64,000 nt of DNA, taken from a virus (lineage: Duplodnaviria; Caudoviricetes). The stretch lies in IMG/VR virus record IMGVR_UViG_3300029288_000111, positions 1 through 64,000 of that record; one strand, 5' to 3'. The translations under genes were made by a program, and so were the position numbers. Of this stretch, positions 1-9,417 are shown one piece after another. The first letter of the stretch is position 1; each line of letters begins with the position of its first letter. The notes beneath the pieces were generated by a model, which made no database searches, was not told the DNA's origin, and was given only the letters and a program-made list of their open reading frames with translations.

Positions 1-756
1 TGCCGCGGCGACCGCTACCAGGATCGACTTGGGCGATGCCCCCATGCCGGCCGCCGTCACGATCACCCGGATGTGTCCATCCAAGGTGACAGCCGTGGCC
101 CCGTCCGTGGTGGCTGTCTCCACCTGGAGCACCGGCGCCACGCCGGGCGTCGTGTTGGCAGAGCTCGGATCGTCGGTAAGACCGTCGGCCGTACCGTTGG
201 CGTAGGCGATGTTCATCGTCGGGTCATTGGCCGCTGCCGTCAGGGCCGTCAGCGCCACGTTGGCGCCCGCTCCCGCGACCGTGAAGAACGCCGCCACGTC
301 CACATCGGCGGCCAGTGCCGTGCGGATCTTCTGCGCCACGCCCGCCGCCGAGTCTCCCGCCGGGTCTCCCCCGACCGATACGATCCGGCACCCGGCCGCG
401 CGCTTCGCCTCCGTAACCCGACCCACCCAGAGCGGATCGGCATCCACACTGACATAGAGGTCGTAGTACGCGGACCCGGAAAGCTGCGTGATCGGCACGC
501 GCGCCGTGAGGTTGGGGTTCGCTGCCGCGACGTTCGCTCCCGAACCAGGCGTCGTCCGGCCGTAGACGTTGCCGCCCACCACCCTGACGCGGTACGTTGA
601 CCCGTGCACCAGCGAGCCGCCCGCCTGTGCCGAAGTCGCCCCCACCGTCGGCGCCGCGAGCACATCCGCGCCCGTAAGCCCCGTGCGGTAGGACTGCGGC
701 GGCGTCGGCTCGACCGCAATCACGACCGCTTCTTTGCCGTCTCGCTGCTGTGCCAT
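1..756 (-). CDS. Partial CDS running off the window edge; probable virion structural protein (MAQQRDGKEAVVIAVEPTPP...)
   Basis: ATG at 756, open frame to position 1, Ala/Thr/Gly/Val-rich beta-type composition, directly downstream of the DarB-like gene. Not in the ORF track because it has no stop; translated by hand. Confidence 0.6.
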   Translation of the reverse strand, partial: MAQQRDGKEAVVIAVEPTPPQSYRTGLTGADVLAAPTVGATSAQAGGSLVHGSTYRVRVVGGNVYGRTTPGSGANVAAANPNLTARVPITQLSGSAYYDLYVSVDADPLWVGRVTEAKRAAGCRIVSVGGDPAGDSAAGVAQKIRTALAADVDVAAFFTVAGAGANVALTALTAAANDPTMNIAYANGTADGLTDDPSSANTTPGVAPVLQVETATTDGATAVTLDGHIRVIVTAAGMGASPKSILVAVAAA

Positions 757-845
757 CTGTTTCTCCAACCAACGACAAAGGACCAGCCCCATCAAGGGGC
801 CAGCCCTTGTATCTGCTGCCGTCCGGGCCGCTGCCCGGCCGAAGG

Positions 846-3800
846 TCAGTTCAACGTGGGTGCGTGCCGCGCCAGGAGGTGCTGCGCCCGGTGCTGCGCC
901 ATGACGCGCATCCGAGAGAGGAGCGCCCGCCGCCGCTGCGGGTCGCTCGTGCCGAGGAGTTCCCGCCGCATCCGCACGAAGTCGCGGCCGTGCTCGGAGA
1001 TGTGCAGTGCGTGTTCCTTCTCGGAGAACCCGCGCACGTGCTCGTCGGCCACGGGGTCGCGGAACCCCTTGGCGAGGAACACCGCGCGCACCGCCGGCCG
1101 GGTCACGAACACCGCCCGCACCGGTCGTGCCTCCGGCTCCAGGGAGTCCACCACCTGCTCCCAGACCCTCTCGAAGGCCTTCGAGAGGGTCTCTGCGCCG
1201 CCGGAGTCGTCCGTGGCCGCGTCGCTGTCACGGTGCCCAAGCTGCTTGTAGATCTCCTCGACGCGCGCCGTGAGCTGCGCCAGATCCTCCTCGTGCGCGA
1301 ACGCCTTCGCGTTCTCGGCCTTCAACTTCTCGATGTCGCTCTCGGAGTCACGAACGCGGCGTTCGGCCTTCTCCACGTCGGCGTCTCCCTGCCGCAACTG
1401 GTGCCCGATGGTCGCGAAGACGCTCTGCGAGCTCTCTCCCAGATCCGGCTGCGAAAGTTTCACCACTTCCCGACCGCTCGGGGTATGCACGAACAGCGCC
1501 GGCTCCCGACCGTCCATCCCTACCAGGAGAGAGAAGCCCGCGTAACGGCCGATCTCCCGGGGGCGATCGCCGATCTGGCCCGCATGGGTCATCAACTCCC
1601 GGTTCAGCGCCGCGGCGCCGCCGTCGTAAGTGTCGTAGCCCTGGCCTCCCACCTCGATCGCGAACTTCTCCGGCTTGTGCGCCTTGTAGGTCTGCTGGAT
1701 CTCCCGCACCGTCTCGATATGCTCGCGCTGCTGCCCGATCCGCCGCTGGTGAGAGGCGATCAGACTCTGGCCCTGCCAGCGCGCCTGCTGGTGCTGCGCC
1801 TTCAGCGCGCTCAGACGCGCCAGCTTACTCTCGACATCCACCTTCTCTTTGATGATCGGGTCGCCGGAAGCCCATGCCAGCATCTCGGCGGCCGATTGGG
1901 CGATGCCGCTGATGTCCTCCATCTCGCGCACTTGACTGGTGCCTTGCCGGATCTGCTCGATGAACTTCGCCTTCGCGAGCACCGTCTGCCACATGAACTC
2001 GTCGAACGACCCCTCGGTGACGTAACGGTGGATCTCGACCGGGATCCCCCAGTCCTTGTGCATGTTCCCCTGGCGAACGATCCTCCCCTCGCGCTGCTCC
2101 AGGTCCGCCGGCCGCCAGGGGCAGTCGAGGTGATGGAGGGCGAACAGCCGCTCCTGAACGTTCAGTCCGGACCCCGCCTTCTCCGTGGAGCCGATCAGGA
2201 TCCGCAGTTTGCCGCTGTTCATCAGCTCCGCCAGCCGGTCCTTCTTGGCATCGGTGTTGAAGTCGTGGGCGAAGGCGATCTCATCCTCGCGCACCCCCGC
2301 CGCCACCAGCTTGCGCCGCATGTCCTCATAGACGCTCGTGCGCAGCCCCTGCTCCTCGGCCGTGTCGGTATCCTCGTCGGGCTGGCTGCCATCGTCCGAC
2401 GGTTCCCTGTCCTCGCCCGGCTTTGGCGTCGAAAGGTCGAGGAAGACGATCTGCGTGCCCTGCCGATCCGTCACGCGCGGGTCGTGGTAGATCCGCGCCA
2501 CCTCGCGCACGCACCGGTTCACCTTGCCGTTGGGGTCATCCGTCGCGTCCTTGTCCACGAGACGCACGTCGAGCGATGCCTTGCGCGCATCCGAGGACAG
2601 CTTCAGCATGTTGTCCTCGGACGGGTCCGGGCGACTGCTACCCAGCCCACGAATGGCTTCCGCGCGTTTTCGGATCGACTCCATGTAGGATGAAAGAGAC
2701 TCATTGGACGCCGCCGCGTGCGCCTGATCGCGCCGCTCCGGCAGCGGTAGGTAGGGGAGATCCTTCACCAGCTTCACATCTGCGAACTTGCGATACAACT
2801 TCTGCAGTTCTGGTATGTTGACGAACTTAGCGAAGCGCAGGCGCGGCCGGTAGCCTCCTTCGGGCGACGCTTCCTGGTTGTTCACCACCTCGCCGAAGTT
2901 CGCCGCCCACGAGTCGAACCGGTCCACTCCCTTCTCCCTCAACCCTTGCAGGTCGAGATACCGGTTCATCGTGTACATCTCGGCCATCGTGTTGCTGATC
3001 GGCGTGCCGGTCGCGAAGTAGAGACCCTTCCCCCCGTACTTCTTCAGCATCCACTGCGTCTTCGCGAACAGATCCAGCGCCCGCCCCGACTCCGTTCCCC
3101 CCAGCCCCGCGATCCGGCTCATCTTCGTGGGGAAGTAGAGGTTCTTGAAGAGGTGACAGTTAGAGACCAGAACCCCGGCTGCTAGATAGTTGTGGTGCTT
3201 GTAGACTTCGAGGTTATATGTCCACGGACCCGATCCACCACGAGTTGCACATTCCGCAGCACTTCCTCGTTCGAGAACCTCAACACGGACCACCCGAGAG
3301 CGTTCAAGACCGCCGTCTTTCTGGCATCCAGGAAGCGCCACCGCTTCAGCCGGTGCGTCTTGCCGTCCACCTCGATGGTCGTCTTGCTCTTCGGTTCCGC
3401 GATGTCTACCTTGTAGCAGGGCGGGAGCGACGGAAACTGATCCTTCAGGGCCGAAGTCAAGATGGCATATTCCATCGGCAGATCGAGAGCATCGGCCAGA
3501 AGTCTCTGCGGCTCGGTCAGCGTTCCATTGCCGCCGCGGGCAAGGAAGGTCCTGCCCTGCAAGGACCGCCGCATCTTCTCCCGCGTGACCGGGTTTGCCA
3601 TCGGGTTGCGTGTCTTCATCCTGGCCGACGCTTCCGGGTTCGCCTTGCCCCGACATGCCATCTGGCGCGCCTCGGCAATCCACGAATTGAACGCTTCCGC
3701 ACGACCCGGCCGAGAGTTCCGCCACGATGCCGCACACGGGTTGCTGCAGAAGCGCCGCTTCGCGTTGTTTGTCTCCCCCGATGAGCGGAACGTGAACTCC

Positions 3801-6800
3801 TTCCCGCACCACTCGCACGTCTTGACTACCAGGTGCTGCTGAGTCCACAGAACGCCCTTGCACTTCCGGGAGCAACACTTCTGCGCTGCTCCTTGCTTCC
3901 CCCGAGACGATGGCGTGAAGGGCTGCTGGCATACGACACAGACCGGCAACATGATCCTGATCCCCCCCACGAGAGATAACGACCGAACTACCCGAGCGTT
4001 CCCGGAAAGTTGCGATCTCTTCCAGGTGATGCTGCGATGTCAGGTCGCCAGCGCACACATAGCCCTCTTCTGCCGTCCAGACCTTGTGATTGGGTGTGCA
4101 GAGGAACTCTCCCCCCTCATGGACAACCTTCACCAGCGTACCCCGAAGAGGATTCTTCAGCCAGCGAGCGATGCGCTGCCACTCCAGCCCGCCCGTCTCC
4201 AGGTTCACCGAGGCCACTCGCACATCAAGTGCCTTCTCGACAACTTCACCGATGGGGAGCCATCCTCTCTCCGTCAGTACCGGTGTCTCGTAAGGGAAGC
4301 ACTCGTCCACGATCACGCTGTCCACGCCGAGCTCGTCGAACCTCAAACTGGTATCCTGGCGGTCCTGGATCTTCTGCAGCCGCTTCTTGTGGTTCACCCG
4401 GACGCGCTCCAGCATCTTGAAGAGTTGCTTGGCCGTGCGGTCCTTCTTGTCCGGCTGCGCGTCGGGGTCTACTCCCATATCGCGCATCGTGTCCTTGATC
4501 TGCTCCACCGTCTCCCGGTACTGCGTCTCCGCCATCTCATCCGACATCGGGATCTGCCCGAAGGCGGAGTGGGTGATGACCACCGCATCCCAGTCGCCCG
4601 TAGCGATATGCGACGTCAGTTCCTTCCGCTTCCTCGGCGTCCAGTTGCGCGCCCAGACGGTGAGGATCTTCGCCCCCGGGTAAAATTGCCGGATCTCGGC
4701 ATCGGTCTTCGAGAGGAGGTGGTTCGGCACCACGATCATCGGCTTTTTCTTCAGGCCGAGGCGTCGCAGCTCCATCGCCACCCCGGCGATGATCCGGGTC
4801 TTGCCCGAGCCGACGCAGTGATCGAACAGAACGTTGCCCCCGGCGATGGCCCGCCAGATCCCATCCTTGATGTGCTTTCGCAGGCCCGTGGCGATGTGCG
4901 CGGCCATGCCGGGCAGGGTGAGGTGCGAGCCATCGAACTCCCGGTCGCGACTGTCATTGAACAGGTCATTGTAGAGGCGGACGCAGTGCTCCGCGCGGTC
5001 CTGATCCGCCCAGATCCAGCGCTTGAACTCCTCCTTCATCTTGTCCTGGAGTTCCCGCGCCGCGAAGGTCTCCTGCTGATTGACGACATCCCGCTCTTTG
5101 CCGTGATCGTCTACCTCGTGATCCTTCACTGTCACGAACTGCTGCGCGAGGCAGGCAGCGAGGATCTGGTGCGCCGGCACGCGCTGGGTGCCCCAGGTGC
5201 GCGTGTTCTCCACACCCTGCCGCAGATAGGGGTTGTCAAGCTGGACGTTCCAATCCCCCGTGCCCCTGTTGTAGGAGATGACCGGCTTCTTGTCGCCATA
5301 GCCCGCTCGCAGCAGCCCGGAGAAGAACTCCTGGTAGTACTCCACCGGGATCCAGGTCGCTCCCAAGCGCGCGCTGATCTGTGTCGGGTCCAGATCCTCC
5401 GGCTGCACCGCCTTCAGCGCCTCGACGTTCGGCGCGAACGACCCATCCTCCCGCGCCGCCGCTTCCGCCTGCCGTAGCTTCGCCCGCACCGCGCCGCTGA
5501 GGTACTCGTCGACCGGCACCCACCCCAGGCTCACCGGATCGCTCACCTGCGACGGGTCGCGGTAGACCGCCCCCTCCGCCGCCAACTCGTCGCGGATCCC
5601 TTCCGGGTCGCGCTGCAGCAGCCGACTGATATGCTTCCAGTCGATCTTCCCCCGCTCGTTCAGGCAGATCCCGAGCGCATCCACCGGGCTGGACGCCGAG
5701 GCCGCGCGCGCCGCCGGCGTGATCGTCCGCTTCGCGAAGATGTCCGCCTTCGAGATGGCACCGCCGTCGCGCTCCACCCGCTCCAGGGAGAGGACGAGGC
5801 CGGAGTCCGGGTCGTCGCGGAACGCGCGCACGTTCGCCTTCTCGTGCAGGTTGCCGAACTGGCCCACGAAGGCATCATACCGCTCGTTTAGCGTCGCCCG
5901 GAGCCCCTGGAGTTCGGAATCGGGCACGTCCTCATACTGCGCCGAGATCAACGTCTGCGCCGCCTCCCGCAGCCCGACGAGGCCCGCCAATCGCTTGCTG
6001 TCTCCCCCTGCCTCCTCCAGCCGCCCCGGCACGCTCAGGCTCTCCCGCATGTTGCGGTAGACCTTCCCGTCCTGGATGGTGAAAGCCCCCACCTTCAGCG
6101 CCTCGGGCGCGCGGATCGCTTCCTCCTGCGCCTTCTGCGCCTGCTCATAGTCCGAGCCGTCGCTCATCACGTCTTGCGGCAGCCGAGAGATCGCTTCCTT
6201 CAGCGCCTGCCCCAGGTCGCGCCCGTCACTCTTCATCCCGGTCTCGGTGGCGGCCATCTGCCCGAACCCGGAGCCGACCCCCATCACCCCGAGCATCGAC
6301 TCCGGGTGCGCGGCGAAGTACTCGTTGACCTGGATCTCTTCGCCGCCCTGCACCCTCAGCGGCGCCGTGGCGGTCCATTTCTCGATGAACCGCCCCTCGG
6401 GATCGCGCGGATGGAGCCGCTCGAACTCGGGGTCCTTCTTACGCAGGATCAGCACGTCCGTGGTAACGCGCGTGCCGGCGTTCTGGGCAAACGCATCGTT
6501 CGGGAGACGGATCGCCCCCACGAGATCCGCCTGCTCCGCCAGGTACTCGCGGAACCGCTCGTGCGTCTTGGCGTCCATCGTGTGGTGGGAGCTGATGAAG
6601 CAGACGAGGCCGCCGGGGCGCACCTTGTCGAGGCTCTTGGCGAAGAAGTAGTTGTGGATCTGCCGCGTGAGCCAACCGCGCCCGGTGCGCTGGTACTCCG
6701 CGTCGTGAACGGGGAAGTTGCCGAACGGCACGTTGGAGATCGCCAGGTCGAAGTAGTTCTCGGGGAGCGGCGTCTGCTCGAAGCCCTGGATCTGCACGTT

Positions 6801-8243
6801 CGCGTTCGGGTAGCACTGCTTCAGGATCTCGCCGGTCTGCGGTTCGAGTTCCACCGCCGTCCGGCGCGAGAGGCGCGTCAGATCATCCGGCTCGAACCCG
6901 AGGAAGTATCCCGTGCCCGCCGACGGCTCCAGGACGCGACCGCCCCGGAACCCCAAGTGCCGGACGGCATCCCATAGCGCACCCACGATCTTCGGGCTGG
7001 TGAAGTGCGCGTTGAGGGTGCTCTTCTGCGCCGCCTCATACTCCTCGTCGCTCAGGAGCGGCCGAATCTCCTGGTTCAGCTCCCAGTGCGCCTTGTCGGC
7101 GTCCGTCCAGCCTTCACGCACATAATCGGGGATGTCCTCGTAGGAGCGGACCTCCACGGCGCGCGAGCCTCTGGCATACCGGTCGTAGTGGTAGACCGTC
7201 TGGCCGCGCGCGTAGTCATTGAACTTGGGGTGGAATGCCTGCCCGAACGATCCCCAGCCGCTGAACTTGGAGAGCTCCCGCCGCTCCTCGGGAGTGGCGT
7301 CTCGCTGCTCCTCCTTCAGCGTCTTCAGGATCTCGAGCGCGCGCAGGTTCTGCGCGGCGCGCTGGCGCAGGCTCCCCTCGCCGATGACGTCGGCAGGCGT
7401 GAGCCGCAGGTCCTGCTCGTTGCCGATGTATCCGACCTCCCCGGACAGCCCCCGCCCCTCGAAAGCCGGGCGCGGTGCCTTGCCGGCCGCCGGCTCCCCC
7501 GCGGCCGCCACGGGGTCGCTTACCGCTGGGGATACAGGTACATCGGGTAGGCGATCTCCGCCGCCTCGTCCCTCGTCAACCCCTGGCTCACCAGTTCGTC
7601 CACCCGCTCGTGGGCGCGTTCCGCCGCCGACTTCGCCTTCTGATCCAGGATGCCCTGCGCCTTCCACTCCCGATACGTCTTCGGGCTTCCCTCCCGCCAT
7701 GCGTCCAGGAAGATCCGCTCGTATGGGTCGCGCTGCTTCGCCATGTTCCTTCTCCCCTTCCTTCTTCTTCAGAGAACGCAGCGGCGGCAGGATCGTTCCC
7801 GCCGGCGTGGGCGGCGCCTCCAACAGCGAGGGGCCAGTCGGCACCCCCGCCCGAGCACGCTTCTTCGCCACGGGCGCCTCTTCGGCAGGAGGCTCTCCCA
7901 CCGCGGCCGCCGGGCGCGCGATGAAGACCGGGTGCACCGGCGGCCGGTCACTGGCTTCCGGCATCTCGAACAGGCTCCCCTGGCCTGGGCGCTTCCAGCG
8001 GTATTCATAGCCCGTGCTCATCTCGCGATGGACCGGCACCTTCTCCTTGATCAGCCCGACTCGCGGCGCTCCCGGCACGCTGGGCGGCTTCTTCTCCTTC
8101 TTCGCCGCCGGCACCTCGAACATCCCGAGTTGCCCAGCCGCCTCCCGCTTGCGATAGGCCGCCGCGAGGGTGCCCTTCAGAATGCGCTCTACCAGCAGGC
8201 GCAATCCGAGCGCCTTTCCTATCAGGGAGGGGTTCTCAGCCAT
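846..8243 (-). CDS. DarB-like giant protein: N6-adenine methyltransferase + SNF2/SF2 helicase, intein-containing
   Basis: MTase motifs VLEPSAGTG and NVPFG; Walker A HCVGSGKT; DE-CH split by the intein; ATGTPISN; HHLDCPWRPADLEQREGRIVRQGN. Start placed at ATG 8243 (MAENPS) after a GGAGA RBS rather than 8423. Confidence 0.88.
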   Translation of the reverse strand: MAENPSLIGKALGLRLLVERILKGTLAAAYRKREAAGQLGMFEVPAAKKEKKPPSVPGAPRVGLIKEKVPVHREMSTGYEYRWKRPGQGSLFEMPEASDRPPVHPVFIARPAAAVGEPPAEEAPVAKKRARAGVPTGPSLLEAPPTPAGTILPPLRSLKKKEGEKEHGEAARPIRADLPGRMAGGKPEDVSGVEGAGHPGSEGEVGGGTRPRAGGRTGEPGVDEGRGGGDRLPDVPVSPAVSDPVAAAGEPAAGKAPRPAFEGRGLSGEVGYIGNEQDLRLTPADVIGEGSLRQRAAQNLRALEILKTLKEEQRDATPEERRELSKFSGWGSFGQAFHPKFNDYARGQTVYHYDRYARGSRAVEVRSYEDIPDYVREGWTDADKAHWELNQEIRPLLSDEEYEAAQKSTLNAHFTSPKIVGALWDAVRHLGFRGGRVLEPSAGTGYFLGFEPDDLTRLSRRTAVELEPQTGEILKQCYPNANVQIQGFEQTPLPENYFDLAISNVPFGNFPVHDAEYQRTGRGWLTRQIHNYFFAKSLDKVRPGGLVCFISSHHTMDAKTHERFREYLAEQADLVGAIRLPNDAFAQNAGTRVTTDVLILRKKDPEFERLHPRDPEGRFIEKWTATAPLRVQGGEEIQVNEYFAAHPESMLGVMGVGSGFGQMAATETGMKSDGRDLGQALKEAISRLPQDVMSDGSDYEQAQKAQEEAIRAPEALKVGAFTIQDGKVYRNMRESLSVPGRLEEAGGDSKRLAGLVGLREAAQTLISAQYEDVPDSELQGLRATLNERYDAFVGQFGNLHEKANVRAFRDDPDSGLVLSLERVERDGGAISKADIFAKRTITPAARAASASSPVDALGICLNERGKIDWKHISRLLQRDPEGIRDELAAEGAVYRDPSQVSDPVSLGWVPVDEYLSGAVRAKLRQAEAAAREDGSFAPNVEALKAVQPEDLDPTQISARLGATWIPVEYYQEFFSGLLRAGYGDKKPVISYNRGTGDWNVQLDNPYLRQGVENTRTWGTQRVPAHQILAACLAQQFVTVKDHEVDDHGKERDVVNQQETFAARELQDKMKEEFKRWIWADQDRAEHCVRLYNDLFNDSRDREFDGSHLTLPGMAAHIATGLRKHIKDGIWRAIAGGNVLFDHCVGSGKTRIIAGVAMELRRLGLKKKPMIVVPNHLLSKTDAEIRQFYPGAKILTVWARNWTPRKRKELTSHIATGDWDAVVITHSAFGQIPMSDEMAETQYRETVEQIKDTMRDMGVDPDAQPDKKDRTAKQLFKMLERVRVNHKKRLQKIQDRQDTSLRFDELGVDSVIVDECFPYETPVLTERGWLPIGEVVEKALDVRVASVNLETGGLEWQRIARWLKNPLRGTLVKVVHEGGEFLCTPNHKVWTAEEGYVCAGDLTSQHHLEEIATFRERSGSSVVISRGGDQDHVAGLCRMPAALHAIVSGEARSSAEVLLPEVQGRSVDSAAPGSQDVRVVREGVHVPLIGGDKQREAALLQQPVCGIVAELSAGSCGSVQFVDCRGAPDGMSGQGEPGSVGQDEDTQPDGKPGHAGEDAAVLAGQDLPCPRRQWNADRAAETSGRCSRSADGICHLDFGPEGSVSVAPALLQGRHRGTEEQDDHRGGRQDAPAEAVALPGCQKDGGLERSRVVRVEVLERGSAAECATRGGSGPWTYNLEVYKHHNYLAAGVLVSNCHLFKNLYFPTKMSRIAGLGGTESGRALDLFAKTQWMLKKYGGKGLYFATGTPISNTMAEMYTMNRYLDLQGLREKGVDRFDSWAANFGEVVNNQEASPEGGYRPRLRFAKFVNIPELQKLYRKFADVKLVKDLPYLPLPERRDQAHAAASNESLSSYMESIRKRAEAIRGLGSSRPDPSEDNMLKLSSDARKASLDVRLVDKDATDDPNGKVNRCVREVARIYHDPRVTDRQGTQIVFLDLSTPKPGEDREPSDDGSQPDEDTDTAEEQGLRTSVYEDMRRKLVAAGVREDEIAFAHDFNTDAKKDRLAELMNSGKLRILIGSTEKAGSGLNVQERLFALHHLDCPWRPADLEQREGRIVRQGNMHKDWGIPVEIHRYVTEGSFDEFMWQTVLAKAKFIEQIRQGTSQVREMEDISGIAQSAAEMLAWASGDPIIKEKVDVESKLARLSALKAQHQQARWQGQSLIASHQRRIGQQREHIETVREIQQTYKAHKPEKFAIEVGGQGYDTYDGGAAALNRELMTHAGQIGDRPREIGRYAGFSLLVGMDGREPALFVHTPSGREVVKLSQPDLGESSQSVFATIGHQLRQGDADVEKAERRVRDSESDIEKLKAENAKAFAHEEDLAQLTARVEEIYKQLGHRDSDAATDDSGGAETLSKAFERVWEQVVDSLEPEARPVRAVFVTRPAVRAVFLAKGFRDPVADEHVRGFSEKEHALHISEHGRDFVRMRRELLGTSDPQRRRALLSRMRVMAQHRAQHLLARHAPTLN
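3182..3952 (-). CDS. Homing-type endonuclease (Cys-rich Zn motifs + Vsr/DUF559-like PD-(D/E)xK domain) nested out of frame inside the intein
   Basis: CxxC...CCSxxC repeats, basic linker, YKVDIA...IEVDGKTH...DARKTAVLNALGWSVLRFSNEEV. Same strand as DarB but a different frame; own promoter at 3975-4003. Confidence 0.82.
   Translation of the reverse strand: MLPVCVVCQQPFTPSSRGKQGAAQKCCSRKCKGVLWTQQHLVVKTCEWCGKEFTFRSSGETNNAKRRFCSNPCAASWRNSRPGRAEAFNSWIAEARQMACRGKANPEASARMKTRNPMANPVTREKMRRSLQGRTFLARGGNGTLTEPQRLLADALDLPMEYAILTSALKDQFPSLPPCYKVDIAEPKSKTTIEVDGKTHRLKRWRFLDARKTAVLNALGWSVLRFSNEEVLRNVQLVVDRVRGHITSKSTSTTTI
3975..4003 (-). promoter_or_regulatory. ECF-type promoter inside the intein coding sequence
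   Basis: GGGAAC-gctcgggtagttcggt(16)-CGTTATC, about 22 nt upstream of ATG 3952. Confidence 0.75.
7520..7744 (-). CDS. Small helical protein overprinted in the DarB N-terminal linker
   Basis: 74-aa ORF with natural-looking composition and purine-rich RBS (GGGGAGAAGGAAC-ATG); the DarB frame here is low-complexity Gly/Arg/Pro. Confidence 0.6.
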   Translation of the reverse strand: MAKQRDPYERIFLDAWREGSPKTYREWKAQGILDQKAKSAAERAHERVDELVSQGLTRDEAAEIAYPMYLYPQR

Positions 8244-8310
8244 TGGGTCTCCTGGTACATGCGAAGGGCCACCGCGCCTGCGGTGGCCCAGAGTCTTGAC
8301 TCTCGGAAAG

Positions 8311-8964
8311 CTACTTGTCCGGGGGAGGATCGGCCAAGACTGGGGCCTCCTCCGCATCTTCGCCTCTCCCCTTCCGGAGTAACTCCAAGAGTTCCACTGG
8401 TTCATAGGTTGCCGCGAAGACATCCGGCTTGCAAGGGTAGAACTCCCCCTTCACGCCTCGGATGATCCAGTCACCGGGATAAGCCCACATATTGCCTTCG
8501 CGCGTCTGGATACAGACGCCGATCCCTGCGGCATCCGGCAGGTCGCCGAACAGCGGTGTCGTGCCGATGAAGTCGGAGACCTCGTCCGTGTTGCTCCCGT
8601 TCCACTGGATCGCACTCACCACCACCGGCCGCTTGCGGTAGCGAGCACCGGGCTTCCGGTGCTCGGCGGACTTCTCCCCCGGCGTGTTTTTCTCTTCCGC
8701 GACGGCATAGACGCGCTCGCCGAAGCCCTGCATCTCCCTGCAGACGCGATGCTCCAGTTCTCGCAGCGGGTCCGGGGTCATGTTGTCCGCCGCGGGCTTG
8801 CACACCACGTCCTGACTCCGCTCCGCCACCTTCCAGTCACTCATCGCCCACTCACCCACCCGGAGGTTGAACTCATCCTCGCTAACCTCCTGGCCGTCAA
8901 TCCGGTAGATGGTCCGGGCCGAACACTCCCGGTGGTTGTCGTCCGTCCCTGTCTGTATCGCCAT
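8311..8964 (-). CDS. Conserved phage protein (PGDYG-like); start uncertain (8964 or 8844)
   Basis: YRKRPVVVSAIQW...TREG...PGDWIIRGVKGEFYPCKPDVFAATYE motif. Confidence 0.7.
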   Translation of the reverse strand: MAIQTGTDDNHRECSARTIYRIDGQEVSEDEFNLRVGEWAMSDWKVAERSQDVVCKPAADNMTPDPLRELEHRVCREMQGFGERVYAVAEEKNTPGEKSAEHRKPGARYRKRPVVVSAIQWNGSNTDEVSDFIGTTPLFGDLPDAAGIGVCIQTREGNMWAYPGDWIIRGVKGEFYPCKPDVFAATYEPVELLELLRKGRGEDAEEAPVLADPPPDK

Positions 8965-9193
8965 CTTCCTTCCCATTTCCCGCCAGCCGCCTGATGTAGC
9001 CCATCACCTCCGCGTGCGTCTTTCCCTCCAGTTCCGCGCTCAGGAGGGGGAGCGCGCACAGGCCCCGCAGACGCTCTCCGATGGGATGGAACTCCACCGT
9101 AACCGTCCTGGACTCCCGCGCCACGAACGGCCCCACATAGAAAGTGAGGCTCTCCCGCGCCACGCACGGACCCGGCTTGCCGCTGCTCTCCAT
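8897..9193 (-). CDS. Hypothetical protein
   Basis: ATG overlaps the upstream stop (TGATG). Confidence 0.45.
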   Translation of the reverse strand: MESSGKPGPCVARESLTFYVGPFVARESRTVTVEFHPIGERLRGLCALPLLSAELEGKTHAEVMGYIRRLAGNGKEDGDTDRDGRQPPGVFGPDHLPD

Positions 9194-9417
9194 CAGACCA
9201 CATGCTCCAATAACCGCAGCCCGCCCGCCGTCAACGCCAGCCGCGCGCAGCAGTCGGGGCACTCCAGTTCCCGCCCCGCCAGCCGCACCAACTCGGGCAG
9301 CAGCTCGCCCGCGAGACGACCCACGGCGGCCTGGTAGGAGGCCAATCCCGGCTCCGGCTGCAGCAGAAGAGGCCGCAACCGATCCAGGGTTTCAACGAGC
9401 GGTTGATTGTTGTTCAT
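9193..9417 (-). CDS. Hypothetical protein (MNNNQPLVE...)
   Basis: Coupled between neighbouring genes; CxxC motif. Confidence 0.45.
   Translation of the reverse strand: MNNNQPLVETLDRLRPLLLQPEPGLASYQAAVGRLAGELLPELVRLAGRELECPDCCARLALTAGGLRLLEHVV

Larger units (their letters stand above)
3159..4301 (-). mobile_element. Intein (381 aa) inserted in helicase motif II (DE|CH)
   Basis: N-terminus CFPYETPVLT, block B CTPNHKVW, C-terminus TYNLEVYKHHNYLAAGVLVSN followed by extein Cys. Removing it restores IVDECHLFKN. Confidence 0.92.

Noticed and set aside
224-778. 184-aa ORF-track call
   Set aside because: Wrong frame; the better gene starts at 756 and runs off the window.
750-7550. Long plus-strand ORFs (647, 539, 267 aa and others)
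   Set aside because: Antisense shadows typical of high-GC coding DNA; the same applies to most plus-strand ORFs at 10-34 kb and 45-60 kb.
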